A stretch of DNA of 61,630 nucleotides, filler included, from Choristocarpus tenellus KU-1152 (GCA_964200185.2; 12 parts of 12 records of this genome joined end to end with filler, not necessarily neighbours in it); one strand, 5' to 3'; counted from the first letter of the whole stretch, positions 13,919 to 27,354 are shown. Program-made: numbers and translations. Notes: a model not told the origin generated them from the sequence alone.

Positions 13919-14599
13919 NNNNNNNNNNNNNNNNNNNNNNNNNNNNNNNNNNNNNNNNNNNNTTAATTAATTAANNNNNNNNNNNNNNNNNNNNNNNNNN
14001 NNNNNNNNNNNNNNNNNNTCATTAGTTACATCACATGGACTCAATTCACAACAATAATCTCACATACACAAAATAAGGTACACCTCACTATTATCCTATT
14101 TTGCACACTATATACTTGTCCCCGAACGACGACAGACCGACGCCCTTGCTGTATGTGCTTTCCATGTGCCTTCAAGAACAGTTAAATGTAGATATGTATT
14201 GAATGAGCATTGCCCTCGGTGAGCCCATTTTGATGGAGCTGTGATGGTGCAGCAAGCACCACATCTACACCACCCCTCCACATTATACCAGTGTCATATG
14301 TATATCGTACTGTAATTTGGGTAAATACGATGTATTCACTCATATGTATAGTACACCTTCCCAAGAAAAGCATCCGCAAGGCGTTGGATGGCTGGACAGA
14401 CGAGTCGCAGTTCAAATCAAATCAACGTTCAAAGTCAACTCCCTCCAATGCCCTGCCCTACGTATTCAATTGCACTCTACAAGGATAATATATATTGTAT
14501 AGTATCAAAAACACTACCATGGATCAAATGTAGCTGCACCGCCATGCACCTCCCATCGCACGCATCGAGAAAATCAACTTGTTCGCTGATAAATAAATC

Positions 14600-15070
14600 A
14601 CGACTGCCAAAAAAATATCGAATGTCCGCTTGTTTGATTGCCGTTGCCCCGATTACGCTGAGTCAAGCGAGTTTGCTTTCCGGAGATGTTACAAAACATC
14701 GTTATTGCTACACTCTTCGACAATTGTTGCTAAACTTGCAGACTTGTCAGCTACTTGAGAGTACGACAGTGGAGGAATCGAGAACACTGAAGAGGCTGCT
14801 CCTTTCCTCACGGCCCCCGATGTGCTGCCCCCCATAAACCTATTGTCATCCTCGTCACCCGAGCTTTCATTGTCTGACTGGTACAAGAATTTCTCGAGCA
14901 GCTGGTCTTTCTTGTCCTCTAGTATTGCATTGGCCACTTCATCGTTGTCTTTCACACCGATCCATGCTCCTGCGGCGTTGATGGAAGCCTGAGACGGATT
15001 CCCGCTAGGTTTGAGGTGCAGAGTTTCAAGAGCATTAGAGAGATCCTCATTAATATACAGCAACACCTTG
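14600..15070 (-). pseudogene. Possible DNA-transposase C-terminal remnant (pogo/Tigger-like)
   Basis: W..VKDNDEV.. acidic tract ..PPLSY..L..LRKA pattern recalls pogo transposase tails; in-frame stops; no catalytic motif seen. Confidence 0.3.
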
Positions 15071-15479
15071 TGGGACGTACCTCTACGAGCAAAATGGTCA
15101 CTCATCACACTACAGTACACAGTATAGACATTACGGTACAACAGAAATGCGCGCAATATTTCAAAAAATTCCAGCATGATCCTCATTAGGAGACAGTGCA
15201 GAAAGACAATTCAATCACGATCATAATCAACCCATTTTCATAATTTCAGTCCACGCGCCGACGCGCCTGTTGAGAAGCTTGGCTCATGTAAGGCTCGTCA
15301 ACGAAAGCTAGTAGTTGAATTACATGGTAAAACATACACTGAATTATTTATTGTCCGTAGGGTATTGTCCATTTGGTGTCCAATATAACTATATTACTGC
15401 TACTGTCCCACTATACCACTTGTAATGTCCCATTGACCCACCATAACGTACCGCTGTGCACGTCACTGTCACGTGAAAT

Positions 15480-17450
15480 CTCACAACCCATATAATACTC
15501 AAGATCACCAAAGTCTTCTATGGAAAACTGCTACTTAATCCTAGAGCGAACCCAAATCAAAACATCAATTTTACCAGCTACCAAAAGATTGTCTACGTGG
15601 GGGGCTATCACAGCACAAACAACATCTCTTACATAGCGTAACACACAAGGATCTGCTCTGCATTGCTCAAAACCACACTGTTCCAAAACGTGCACCAACA
15701 GATTATTAAACTCCCTGCTTGCCTGTTTGGTGCCATAAAGTGCCTTGACTAAATACACAATCTTTCCAGACCATATACCACATCCATCACATAGACGAAC
15801 AAAGATCTCTTCACTAATGTCTGCTTGGATAAAAGCTTGTTTCACATCCCAATGCTTCAATTCCCAATCCTTGTCTGCCGCTAATGCTAAAACCATTTTC
15901 AAAGACGCAGGGGACGGTGGTGGTGCAAAGGTATCTTGGTAATCTAAACCCTCAATCTGTCGAAAACCTTCTGCTACCAAACGTGCCTTGTATCTAACTA
16001 CCTCACCAAATTTGTTAGTCTTACGCTTGTGAAATCCATTTAGTTTCTATTGCCCTGCGTCTAGGGGGTAATACGGCCTCCACCCAAACATTATTCAACA
16101 ACAAACCAGACATCTCTTCTGCTCTAGCTCGATCCCATAAATCATATTCGGGAGAGCTACATGCTGCTCTTACAGTCTTGGGTTCTGGAGGGAGCTCATC
16201 CGCTAACACTCTAATAGAATCATCATTGGCACACATCACAAGGGTAGTCTCTATGGAAACAGACAAACAAGTCATAAAAAAATGGACATGATAAAAACAG
16301 CAGCTTTGGCGGAAGTAGGATGATTGCCTGATCTGGTGCGGTGGGGAAGGATGTTGTCTTCACCATTTCCAATGCTGAGTCGTCGTAATTCCCTTTCAGA
16401 TTGGCTGTCCTTAGCGTCATCCACTCCATCATCATCACCATCATTGCCATCCTCAGTCTCCTCCACAAGTTCACCACTATCCCAGGTGTCATCAGATTCA
16501 TCACCATCACCTAGTCCGCCTTTAATCCAGGTGATTCCATCATCATCAAATTCACCCCGTCTCCTGGATTTCCCCAGTCCGTCTTCGTGCATATGGAGGA
16601 AGGACGTACCCTGGAATGTCTTCCAAATCTTCATGATCCCGGTCTAAATCAGATATTGGAAAACGAACTCTGCCATCCTTGTATCCTGAGGGTGGAAATC
16701 TTTTAACGTTGGCAGTGTACATGTGGCCATTCTACTTAAAAACAATTGGGAGACCCTCCCCATCAGATATATGATACGCATCACCAATCAATTTGATATT
16801 CACTTCCTTAGCCCTAATAGCAGAATGTGAAGAGAGAAGATTGAAAGCTATTTTCGGGACAAATGCAACATATGTCAAAGTAACATGCACCCACTCATCG
16901 TGGCCAACATTGAAATTCAAATCAAGCTTGCCATACCCCACAATGGGTAGTGATGTGCCATCAGCCACGGTCAAGTTGTGGCCTTGTGGACATGTGGTGA
17001 AGTCATCATATATGAGTCTTTCGTTACACTGTTGGAAGCACTCAAATCAAAACACTATGTTTCGAAAGTGTCCAATCTCACCTTGCCATTATCAGTCACA
17101 GTGGCTAACATGATCTTGAATTTCCTAGATTCCCTAGCTGGTTCATCTGGTTCAGCTAGTATTCCCACCGACCTTAACGGGCTTACCCTCCTCTAGGGGC
17201 ACACAGCTCATGTTGAAACACTAGTTACTCCCGGGGATCGCAAGTTGTTAGACTTGTTGAGGTTTCGCCCGAGGGTTGCTATCCCTCTAATCAGTGACAA
17301 GCTCGGTGGGGTATTTAGTAGGTGAGGTTGTGTATCCTGGCGGTGTGTTACAGCCTTTTGACAGATGTGTATCCTGGAGGCGTGTTTAGCCTTTTGACGG
17401 ATGTGACCTCGGCGAGATTCGATCCCACGAGAGTAGCGTTTGTTGATACA
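15480..17450 (-). mobile_element. Degenerate Ty1/Copia element (LTR remnant, protease region, RT)
   Basis: EPKT..A....W..A...EM; YKARLVAEGFRQIEGLDYQDTFAP; WDVKQAFIQA; KALYGTKQA; HVDN; TVADG.LP..G.G; LTR-like end CAACA near 17210; integrase missing, frameshifts. Confidence 0.9.
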
Positions 17451-17550
17451 NNNNNNNNNNNNNNNNNNNNNNNNNNNNNNNNNNNNNNNNNNNNTTAATT
17501 AATTAANNNNNNNNNNNNNNNNNNNNNNNNNNNNNNNNNNNNNNNNNNNN

Positions 17551-17660
17551 CGCAACATTTACAAAAAAAAACATATGTGCACTTTCCGCGCACCATTCCG
17601 GGTCTCGCTCATCCTCCATAAAAAGCTCCATCCTCAATTTTTGTGATCAGCTGTTATATA
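17551..17660 (+). mobile_element. Terminal fragment of the long-TIR element family (see 56080-57554)
   Basis: GTGCACTTTCCGC..CTCGCTCATCCTC..GATCAGCTGTTATATA matches 57474-57554. Confidence 0.8.
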
Positions 17661-17699
17661 CTAACAAAGAGACCACCTAGAGATACATGTATAACAAGA

Positions 17700-18400
17700 G
17701 AGATTCATGGTGTGTGCAACACGCTGTGTTGCATGCACACACATACACACACACACACACACTTCAAATACACAAGATATAGGCACAACACATTTTCCAC
17801 CTATATACACAAACGCAGAACAACAATATATATATACACACCACCATAAACAAACACGACGTAACACAACATTCATCGCATCTTCACTACAAACGTCCTT
17901 GTACCACAGACAAAGTGATGACATAGGTACATTTAGACACATGCACACACACCAACTGTACAACATTACACTTTAATATACACAAACACACAACAACAGA
18001 CACACGCACACCATTGTCATTTACACACACAATTCACGCCAAACTGCAAACACCCTTCTTACCACACAAGAGTGATGGCAGTACAGAAAGACAGAAACAG
18101 ACATTTTTCCCCCACACACACCAATAGAAAAGTATGTGCACGACATTTCCATATTCACTACCACGTATCACTCAGACACACTCTCCAATTTACATAATTA
18201 CCACAATGACACGCCCACTTGCACAACCTCCTTGAACAAGACACACACATTGCGTGATGATGACACAGATATACTTAAAAACACACTCAACTCTGGCCAC
18301 GTACTGATGACATCTAATACAACATAGACAACACACAATCACATACAAACAGATAGAACCAAATAATTGCACCAACTTTCCACAGACACACACACACCCT
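17700..18400. repeat. CA-rich low-complexity region
   Basis: (CA)n runs and strong A/C strand bias. Confidence 0.8.
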
Positions 18401-18819
18401 TCATGACCATAAGCACTCTGGACCCCTTGCATTCAAGCACATTTTCGAGCGGACCAGTCACTTTTTTTTGGTAGCCCACTTACGTAAAGATGCCCTAACT
18501 TGGTATGAAACATGTCAAACATGCCAGAGTCGAAAAACATCCCCCTCTAACCTATCTATTTCTCCAGGGCATATGGCGGTAACACGCCCATTTCAGAGAG
18601 TGGTAATTGATTTGGTAAAATAAAAAAAAGTCAGAAAAACGTGCATATGTCTTGCCTGCTGTGGACCATTTATCATGGTTTGCTCTGCTCAGTGCTTTCC
18701 CTTACAAACAAGAAGTAAGCGCCTGTAGCAAAAGTTAATCCGAACGATTGTTTTCCATTTTTGGCGTTTAGAAATATTACACCTAGATGAGAGTAAGGAA
18801 TTAGAAAACAATTTGGTTC

Positions 18820-20010
18820 TGAAGATACATGGATACAAGAAAACAAAAACACTCTACTGGAAGGCAACAGCATTCTTGAAAGGATTCGTAAGACAATGCA
18901 TGGTATGCTAGAGATGTATTCAATTATGAAGCAGTCGGGTTGGTAATCATTATTGCCCTTTGCGCAACTGGGCCACAAAACCGCTTATGTCACTACTATA
19001 AAAGAAACTCCCCTTAATTTATTGTTCGGAAGACGTCCCAATTTACCAATCCGTATCATTTTGGGAGGGCCATAAACGATCCCTATCTCTACACAATGGT
19101 ACAGTAAATCGTGGAGAATTTACGACTAGCATGTGAACTTGCTAAACAGAATATTGGTGAAGTGACTTCGCTTAATGAGTTCAAGCCCATGGAACATAAA
19201 GTTCCTATTTATGAAGTTGGCGCTAAGGTGTGATGTTATAAGCGATATGTCTTGATGGCGGTTTCATAAACACCATTATGACCTCAAAGTCCTAGATTTG
19301 ATATAATATATTATTTTATTATTATGCCCTATATAGTTTTCATTGGTTTCCCCCCTGACACATACGCAAAATGTCAGAGGGCATATTAATAAAATATGTA
19401 TTTGTACCTCTTGACTATTTATTTATTATTTAGTTATTATAAGGTGGTACATCCTTCCCTGTTCCTTTTATACCGTGATTTTGATGATACTTATGAAGGA
19501 ATGATCCAAGTGAGAGACCCAGCATACATGACGACTTGTGCACCTGGAGTCCTTGGATTATCATCAATATCATCGTATAAGAAAGAAACTGATCAACGAT
19601 GTCTTATCACAATCGGGGGCCACAATAATGACCAAATAATAAATAAATAATCAAGAAGTACAAATATATCAAATCTAGAACTTCAATGTCATGATGGTGT
19701 TTATGAAACCGTCATCAAGACATATCGCCTGTGACAGTCCCAGGCCGACTATCGAGAAATCATGGTGCATATAGCACTTCTTAAACCACACAAAGAGGGT
19801 CACCACCCTGAACCAGACATTGACGGTCTCAATTATTTATTTTGGGGCAAAATAATACCTGAAACAGATATTGAACAAGGTTCAAGCGTTCAACTAACAT
19901 TAGGGTCATACTTTGTTGAGGGCATTGCGGATCATAAACGTAGAGTGGGTTGTATATCTCCACCTAGTTGTTCGTACTGACTTAGATTTACCTTGTTTTC
20001 AAGTGATGTC
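18820..20010 (+). mobile_element. Degenerate Ty3/Gypsy integrase C-terminus and chromodomain-like tail
   Basis: ERIRKTMHGML..W*SLLPFAQLGHKTAY....ETPLNLLFGRRPNLP; VHIALLKP; YFVEGIADH; interrupted at 19234-19736. Confidence 0.75.
19234..19736. mobile_element. Element formed by two inverted copies of the LTR-A 5' end (~115-bp inverted repeats, TG..CA)
   Basis: 19234-19440 (minus an internal 90-bp insert) is the reverse complement of 19622-19736. Confidence 0.75.
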
Positions 20011-21294
20011 TGGAGGAAAGCAAAATAAAATCCTCAGAGTACAGAGAAGATTGAAGCATAGAGATTACGGCACAATCTGGATGATTTTCCTGACTAAACT
20101 GTACTTACGCTAGAGTATCCAAAATCTCCCTGTGACCAAGGTGTACTGACGCCAAAGTCTTTGCAATCCTCTCCACCACCCTCTGCCACAACAGTCGAAG
20201 AACTATCACAATCTTCACAGACACACCTGGCTCAATCAATTGCCCCCTTCATTATCGAAAAGAGTCAACATTCTTTTGCTTTGAACCCTCATGGTGATGT
20301 CCCTGTGACTACATCTACTGCCCACAACGTAAGATGCAGAGATACACCATCAGAATTCACTAAACAGAGTAGAGATGAAGGTTGGAATCCCTTTTCAATG
20401 CAACCTCGTCGACGATTTCTCGACTGGGCTGTTAATTTTTTCCCCTTCCAGTATGCACACAATTTTTTAAACTACAACCAAATTGATATTTTGATGGGTC
20501 CATACATATATGGGGTGTTCAGGGCTTTATTTATCCCTTTTTGCTGACAACGACCGGAAGAATAACCCCATGCAACTCTTATTATGTCCAAGCTTGCTTT
20601 CACCATACCTTGAAAAATAGTAATTGATGTGAGTACTCGGGATGGTCATTTATAAGTTTGAATCCTTTTGTCTTAAGTAGAAAATCATTGAGTTCCCTTT
20701 GCCCTCTCAATGGTTTGCCCCCTTAATTAAGGTCTTTTGGGGGGGGCTCACTCAGTAGGAGGAGATCATGCTCCTTGAAGGTGGGCGCATGATTTCTGCC
20801 CCACAAACGTCGAAAAGATTGGAATTGAAAGACAACTCGACCTCATCACTCCAGATCTCTGGTATTGGGGTTACTAATAGTAATACATGAAGGTGAGAAG
20901 GTAATTCCTATCACTTCAAAAATGATCAGTGTGCAGATTCCTCAAAGTGGAAGTGGACAACCATTTCCAGACAACAACATACACAACTTTTGCACTCAGG
21001 AAAGCAAGGCAACAATTCAAGACAATGATTCACCCCTCAAAAGATAACCACTGATCCAATTCCATCAAACCCTCCGCCTCAGTGGAGTTCCTTTTTGAGA
21101 AATCTGTTGTGGCCTAGTGGAACCCTCAACCAAGAGTAGGGGACAATGGTTTCCCACTCACAATTCCATTTGGTGAGGCATTGTAGCTTGATCAACACAA
21201 TTACCCAAGCACCCTTCTTTATTTCCGAAATTCCTAGGATATTATCTTCAGAACCCCTTGGTCATTTAAGGTACAACGGTGTGTTTTCCACCAT

Positions 21295-22150
21295 GGACAT
21301 AATTTCGGGGTTCCAACCCTGTTGAGGATAACGTTTGAAAGGACTCCTTCAAATTGGTCACAACATTTGTATGATACCCAGATAGTCTCTGTTACAACGC
21401 AAGTAGCCCTGTCTAGATGTGTCATGAGCTTTAAGCCGAAGACACGAAGGAGAGGGGTAAGGAGGGGGTTGTTATATTCTTGGGATGCTTCCCTAGGTCG
21501 AAAAAAAGCTAGGTTAGAGGCACAGGAACGCAGTGGTACAGCATACTTGGTAGTAAAATGGCAAATAGATCAATGTTTTCACATTTATGACAAATGTTAC
21601 GTTTTTAGGGATTTTTCTGACATGTGAATAGTTTTCATTGTTTTTTCTCTGACACATCTGGAAAATGTCAAACGTATAATTACAAATAGATAATTAGATG
21701 GTTCATTTTTCATCTTTTATTTTTGAACTCTTCCTTTTTTCACTATGGAATACACAGTTGATTCATTTTTCACGTTTATTTTTTCAAGTTTCCTTTTCTC
21801 ATTATTAGGAACAAACTTTGGGGTTCCAACCCTGTTGGAGACAACCTTTCAAGGGACTCGTTCAAGTTGGTCACACAAACATCTATCGAATATCCATATT
21901 ATTAATTTTCTTCTTATCATTACGCACTTTCACTTTGAACGAAGTCTGGGGACAAAGTTTGGGATTCCAACCCTGTACAGTATAACCTTTCAAGGGACTC
22001 CTGCAACACGAACATTTATGGGATTTCCAGATTATTGTTTTTATTTTTATCATGACTTACCTCCACTGCGAACAACTTTGGGGTTCCACCTTTAGAGCAC
22101 AACCTTTGAAGAAGGAACTCTTCTCAAATTGACCAAATGAACATTTATGG
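21295..22150 (+). repeat. Degenerate direct repeats (core TTTGGGGTTCCAACCCTGT..AACCTTTCAAGGGACTC), interrupted by a non-LTR fragment
   Basis: Cores near 21303, 21817, 21958, 22077. Confidence 0.7.
21378..21700 (+). mobile_element. CRE/R2-like non-LTR 3' fragment
   Basis: QIVSVTTQVALSR and 3' UTR homologous to 2020-2340. Confidence 0.7.
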
Positions 22151-22393
22151 GATACCCAGACGATTCATTGTCTTTTTCTCCCACAGGAGTTGCCATCACG
22201 CCCTGGTCAGCCCCTTTTTTTTTTTCTTGTATGCAAACAGAACCCACATTTAACAGGGGATCCTCAAAATTGGGGATGGCCCCGAACTATGGGNNNNNNN
22301 NNNNNNNNNNNNNNNNNNNNNNNNNNNNNNNNNNNNNTTAATTAATTAANNNNNNNNNNNNNNNNNNNNNNNNNNNNNNNNNNNNNNNNNNNN

Positions 22394-22444
22394 CAAATGG
22401 ACACCCTGGTGTAGACCTCCTCCCCCTCCCAGATACTTTGGGTC
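22394..22444 (+). mobile_element. MITE family 2, right end
   Basis: CAAATGGACACCCTGGTGTAGA..CAGATACTTTGGGTC. Confidence 0.75.
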
Positions 22445-22631
22445 TCAAGAACTTGCCTAAGGTTACCAATATCTGCCACAATTACACAAGACGTAGCACT
22501 TCTATTTGTGTATGCTACCTAAAAGGCACTCAACGTGATGCATTGATATGTAGTGCTCTGTACTTCTCTACACCTTACAACGAATGTGTTTCAAGTGACA
22601 CATTTTACTCCTTTCGCTCCATGTACTTCAG

Positions 22632-23949
22632 ACACTGGAAACTCGTGCCAACATCCTGGGTACAAGGAGTTCAACCCCACATCCCTGCCCAAGGGCTGCG
22701 CCAGTAGCAAGGGTGATTGGATAAACCCTCAGAACCTCGCTATGTGTGGTGAGGGCAATGCCTACCCAGAGGAGTTCTGGAACTGTGCCGATATTTCCAT
22801 TGGCAGTGAGGGTGGAGGTGGAAATACTTCCCCTATTCGCACCACACCCGCACCAGTCTCACCAATGGTGGAAGAGCCAACACCGACGCCTGCGACAATG
22901 ATAACAACATCCGCACCTGCAGACAACGTAATGTCGACCCCTGCCCCTGCAATGGAGGTCAAGACATCGGCACCGACAAAGTATGATGGTACAATGTCAA
23001 TGTCTACACCAGCGCCAACAGTATATGATGATACAAAGTCAATGTCGACACCTTCCCCTGCTGTGACAAAGACCAACACACCAGGAGGACCTCCGTCAAT
23101 GATATCCGAGTGTGCTAAGCCCTATGAACAGGTGACTATACTCCAATATTATTTTTAAGATATCAGGGTAGGGAGGAGATAGAAATCAGGCAGGAGATTT
23201 ATGAGGCGAGTACCTACTGTTGTACCATCAATGCAGTGTTGTCCAGCCTCTCTGCCTCCATCAGAGACCCCTTTCTATGTTTCCTGTATCAATATTCCTC
23301 TTTGTGTGTCTGCCGTTTGCCTGCTCTGCAGTGTGGTGGTGCTAACTGGAAGGGAGCGACATGTTGCACGGAACACCATGAGTGTGAGGCAGTGGCAACT
23401 TGCTACTCACAGGTAATCCATATGTGCCTCGAAAGCTTCCGGGGATATACATTCTTTCTAGTGTGAATTGCAGAGTGCACAGTACGTTTGTATGCATTCC
23501 TGCCACAAGAAGTTTTAACATACGGTGAACATGACCAACCAGCTCTTTGATCAAAATAAATTTCCCTACGCCCCCAATATCTCGACAGTGCCGTCCGATC
23601 CCTGAAAAGAAGATTAAACCAGCAGGAGGCGAATGCAGGGTGAGGTGGCAACAGTGCGATGGCAAGAATTACACTGGAGTCACATGTTGTGACGAGGGCT
23701 TGACCTGCAAGTCTCCTGGAGGGGTAAGTGTCCCAAAGAAGTTGTTGGTCCTTATCCTATCCTTAGAGAGGTCTTCCGATTGATGATATTGCTACCTTTT
23801 GTTTGTTATGGTGCTTCTTCCCTCTGTGCCCATCTTCAGTCCAATCAATGCTACCAGAAAATATCTTTAATAATTGGTCACTAATCAATCCCTACTCAAT
23901 AAATTTCTCTTCTTGATGACAGGACGACTACTTCTATCACTGTGTCTAG
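22632..23949 (+). CDS. 5'-partial lytic polysaccharide monooxygenase-like protein (AA15/AA10-type C-terminus), Pro/Thr linker, two CBM1 modules; exons 22632-23131, 23332-23412, 23589-23723, 23923-23949
   Basis: TGNSCQHPGY..PEEFWNCADISI; TPAP repeats; CAKPYEQ|CGGANWKGATCC..CYSQ|C and WQQCDGKNYTGVTCC..TC..|DDYFYHCV*; all GT-AG junctions are in phase. Confidence 0.85.
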
Positions 23950-24435
23950 GGGGAACACCCACCAACAATCCTTTTCATCAGGGCGACGTCAAGCACCATC
24001 AGCTCCTTTCTGGGTCGCGGTGGTGGATATGGCCAGGCATATTAACCCTCCTCCCTTGATTATTAATTCAAGTTTTTGGTTAGTATAGGTAGGTCAAGAG
24101 ACCTCACTGGTAGAATAGCACTTAGAGGACAATTCTTGAAATCGTGGAGGTTTCAGAAGGACAACTGCAATATGTTGAATGGACAAAGATATTTAGCTGA
24201 CTTGCATGGTCAGGACCCTTGTTTCTGTCAAGCCAGTGGTTAGGTGGGTTGGGAGTCGTTTTCCTTTGGATTTTTGTTTTGCTTTTCTTTTTTCGTTCCT
24301 ATTTTGATGCTTTTTATTGTGAGTTCTATAGTCAGTAAGAGGGCAGAACGAGTCGATAGGGCTCTTCACGCTCTGTTTGTTCCGTTTTCAGGCAATAGTG
24401 TGTGCCTGGTAGCTACAGGGAGTGCTATCAAATGA

Positions 24436-24685
24436 GAGTGAGCGGCTGACTATCGGCACAGAATCGCTTCTATCAATATATGTGTTGTATATATCAAGTT
24501 CATGCGACGTTCGCATGCTTCAGGAACCAAGTAGGCATCTCTTGGGTTCCAAGTAGTGTTATCTATAGAATGGATGTGAGTGGCTGACTTTGAGCACACC
24601 ATAACCCATGTCATTGTTTGATGTGTTGTAAGTGTTTGTGCACCATTTATTGTGCTTCAGGAACCAAGCTGGGCATCTCTTGTGT
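24436..24685 (+). repeat. Two-unit direct repeat (~140 bp)
   Basis: GTGAG(C/T)GGCTGACT...GCTTCAGGAACCAAG..GGCATCTCTTG occurs twice. Confidence 0.7.
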
Positions 24686-25237
24686 GTTGATGTGTTATCA
24701 CTTTGAATTCTAAGCAATAACATGCATTAATACGTTTAATATTCAGTATTATTCCTGATCAGAGCGAACAATTATAATGTCTTATTTTAATCTTAAGGCG
24801 TGGTGCTATGGGCTGGTACGAATGCCTTTCGCCACAAGGAGCCTTAAGGGTCACAATGGACGGATATACCTCATAGCATGCAGACATACAAACACATCGT
24901 GCTAAGGGTAGTCAGAATTCAGTTTTTTGTTTAATGCAGTGCCCTGCTGATACTATGGTGCACTGTTCTTGCATGTCTAGCATAGTAAAAAGAATGTTGT
25001 TTTGTTCCTCACCTCCCACGGGCCGTCGCTCTTCGTGAGCACAAATGCCAGTGTGACCAATACCTCAATAGAATATGCAGCACCATAAATCAAAGTGAGG
25101 GGGATGAAAAAAATACGGCGGGTTTTTTAATGCCACACTTCCGAGGAGGTGAAGAGGAGTGACGAAGACAACAGCGATTACGAGGTTGCCCTTTGTTGGT
25201 AAACTCTCTCCCTCCCGCCTCCCAACCCAACGGGTAG

Positions 25238-25698
25238 TATTACAGCACGCTCCAGAAGCTTGCCTCCATAGGATATATAGCTCCAATCCACAAGCCTGTA
25301 GAAAATGCTGGTGCTCGCTCGAGCCTCTCAGGATCCTTCAAAAGTCCAGAGGAGTCCATCGCGCATCAGGTTGGTCGAACGTCAGCCGCGCAGAACAGAG
25401 ATACTTTTCTCAATCAATATTAGTATATGAATTTGGTATCGGAATTCAGAAAAGTGCTCAGAGGACATTAATTGTTCAAGGCGCTTTAGTATTTCTTTCA
25501 TCGTCTTTTACTGTTTATTTGTTTTGGCTAACAGAAGTTGGAATACATCTGAAAACCGTTGCAACATTCCCAAGTTACAGATCTTACTCTGCAACCTTCA
25601 GCAATTCGGAGTTCCTCCTTAAAAGGTTCCCCACACGTGTATACTACTCGCGCTTGTGAGAACTCGAGAAGAAAGACTCCCACTATTTGCCTGTAAAG
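25238..25698 (-). mobile_element. LTR family B, diverged copy
   Basis: Colinear with 51372-51784. Confidence 0.6.
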
Positions 25699-25699
25699 T

Positions 25700-26403
25700 G
25701 GAAGAGAAGGCAAACGTGTAGGCTACCGTGATGGCATGTGTAGCTCCAATCCACAAGGTTGTAGGTAGATGATCAGACTCGTAGAGGGCATCACAAAGGA
25801 AATGTGTTCGTGGATAGTGTTGCTGATACACTATATACACCACCAGTGGAGTAGATAATAGGATGGAGAGCCAGCGATAGATATACCATATGTATTGAGT
25901 CACTAGTGTCCATTGATTTGTGTCATGTTCTAGATACGCTTGCTATACTGAAGACAATAAATAAGTTATTCATAGTAAATTAGTGTGGACAATTGCAAAC
26001 CCCACGCTATAGGAATAGTAATGGGTGCCACCAGTTGTGAGGCCCATGAGTTCAGTCAGTGGAATTGAGATCATAAGCCCGTTGCAACACTAATATTGTA
26101 TATTCACACCAAACTACTTATTTGTCCTCTATCAAGGCACACGATTAATCATCTTAACCATGGGTCCAGTGTGGAATATTTCAACAAAATGTTGTCAAAT
26201 ATGCTGGATCTCTTATTTCGACTATTCTCTTATTGCTTTGATTGGGGTATATAGAAAAAGGACTGAACACCGATACATGACTGATGTATGACCTCATAAT
26301 GACTAAGTAATAAAATAGTCAAGAAATACAATATATGAAATCTAGGACTTCAAGGTCAAAATGGCGTTTATGGAACCGCCATTAAGACACATCGCTTGTG
26401 ACA
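25700..26403 (-). mobile_element. LTR family A interrupted by a solo LTR
   Basis: Ends CGCTTGTGACA; reverse complement matches 13476-13700. Confidence 0.65.
25805..26186 (-). mobile_element. Solo LTR family C (382 bp)
   Basis: TGTT..AACA termini, perfect 5-bp TSD AAATG, homologous to 58799-59170. Confidence 0.85.
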
Positions 26404-27354
26404 AACTTGCTCAGTCCTCCAAAATCTGCTCAATTCGCTGCAGCAAACAAACCGTGAGTTGTGGATTATGGTGTGACTAATGGTGCATGAATGCGATCAA
26501 CATAGTGGATGCCTCACAGCTGTTCACTCCTCAAGAACTCAAGTATGGGCAACAATGACAGGGGAGTGAAGGAAGGAAAGCTGTAACTGAGGGGGAGGCA
26601 TTGGTAAGCCTGGACATGATGAAGGCTGACTGTGGCAATCTCGAGGCTAGAACCAATTTGAAGAAGCGGAGGATGAGGTTGTTGTTGTAGTAATGATCAA
26701 GGCTTGCTCTGTGCACGACGTAAGGGGTATTAGATTACTGCAGAGGATGTAGCCTGTGTTGCCATCACTGCAGCAAGTAAGGATGGAGGCTGACGACAAT
26801 AGATGATAGAGTGGGTGTACTATTACTACTATCGTAAAAAAATGAAGATCACCATATAAATGTATGTATGAGGCGCAGGATGGTGATAGATAGCGCTAGG
26901 TGGTGGACCTGGCGATGATGTACTTCTTCTTTGCACTCTCACAACCAATGTTGGCTCTCTCCAATCATTGAACATTGTTTACCCAAACAACGATGTGGTG
27001 ACAATAGCACTACAGGTAATATTCACACCGAGGTTGTGTTGTATGTATGTAGTTGCCAGGGAACCTCCCCTATCCTACTCAGCAGCTGTAGAAGTGCATT
27101 AGTAGTGTACTAGTAATGGTGTCATGCGTTGCTCACTTCCTATGTCCACCATCATCAGTTCGAACAGTTGATAGGTCAGACTGTCAATGCTCAAGATTGT
27201 ATCATATTTGCCATTGGTTATTGTGGGCAGTCTTGTAAGAACTCGTCTTACTAGAAATGAGACTACGCTACTAATCACTACAGGACTTGATGCCCCCGGG
27301 AATTTAGTCTGGTAGTAAAAGATTTTCGTCAGATTGAGAGTTTAGATTACTAAT

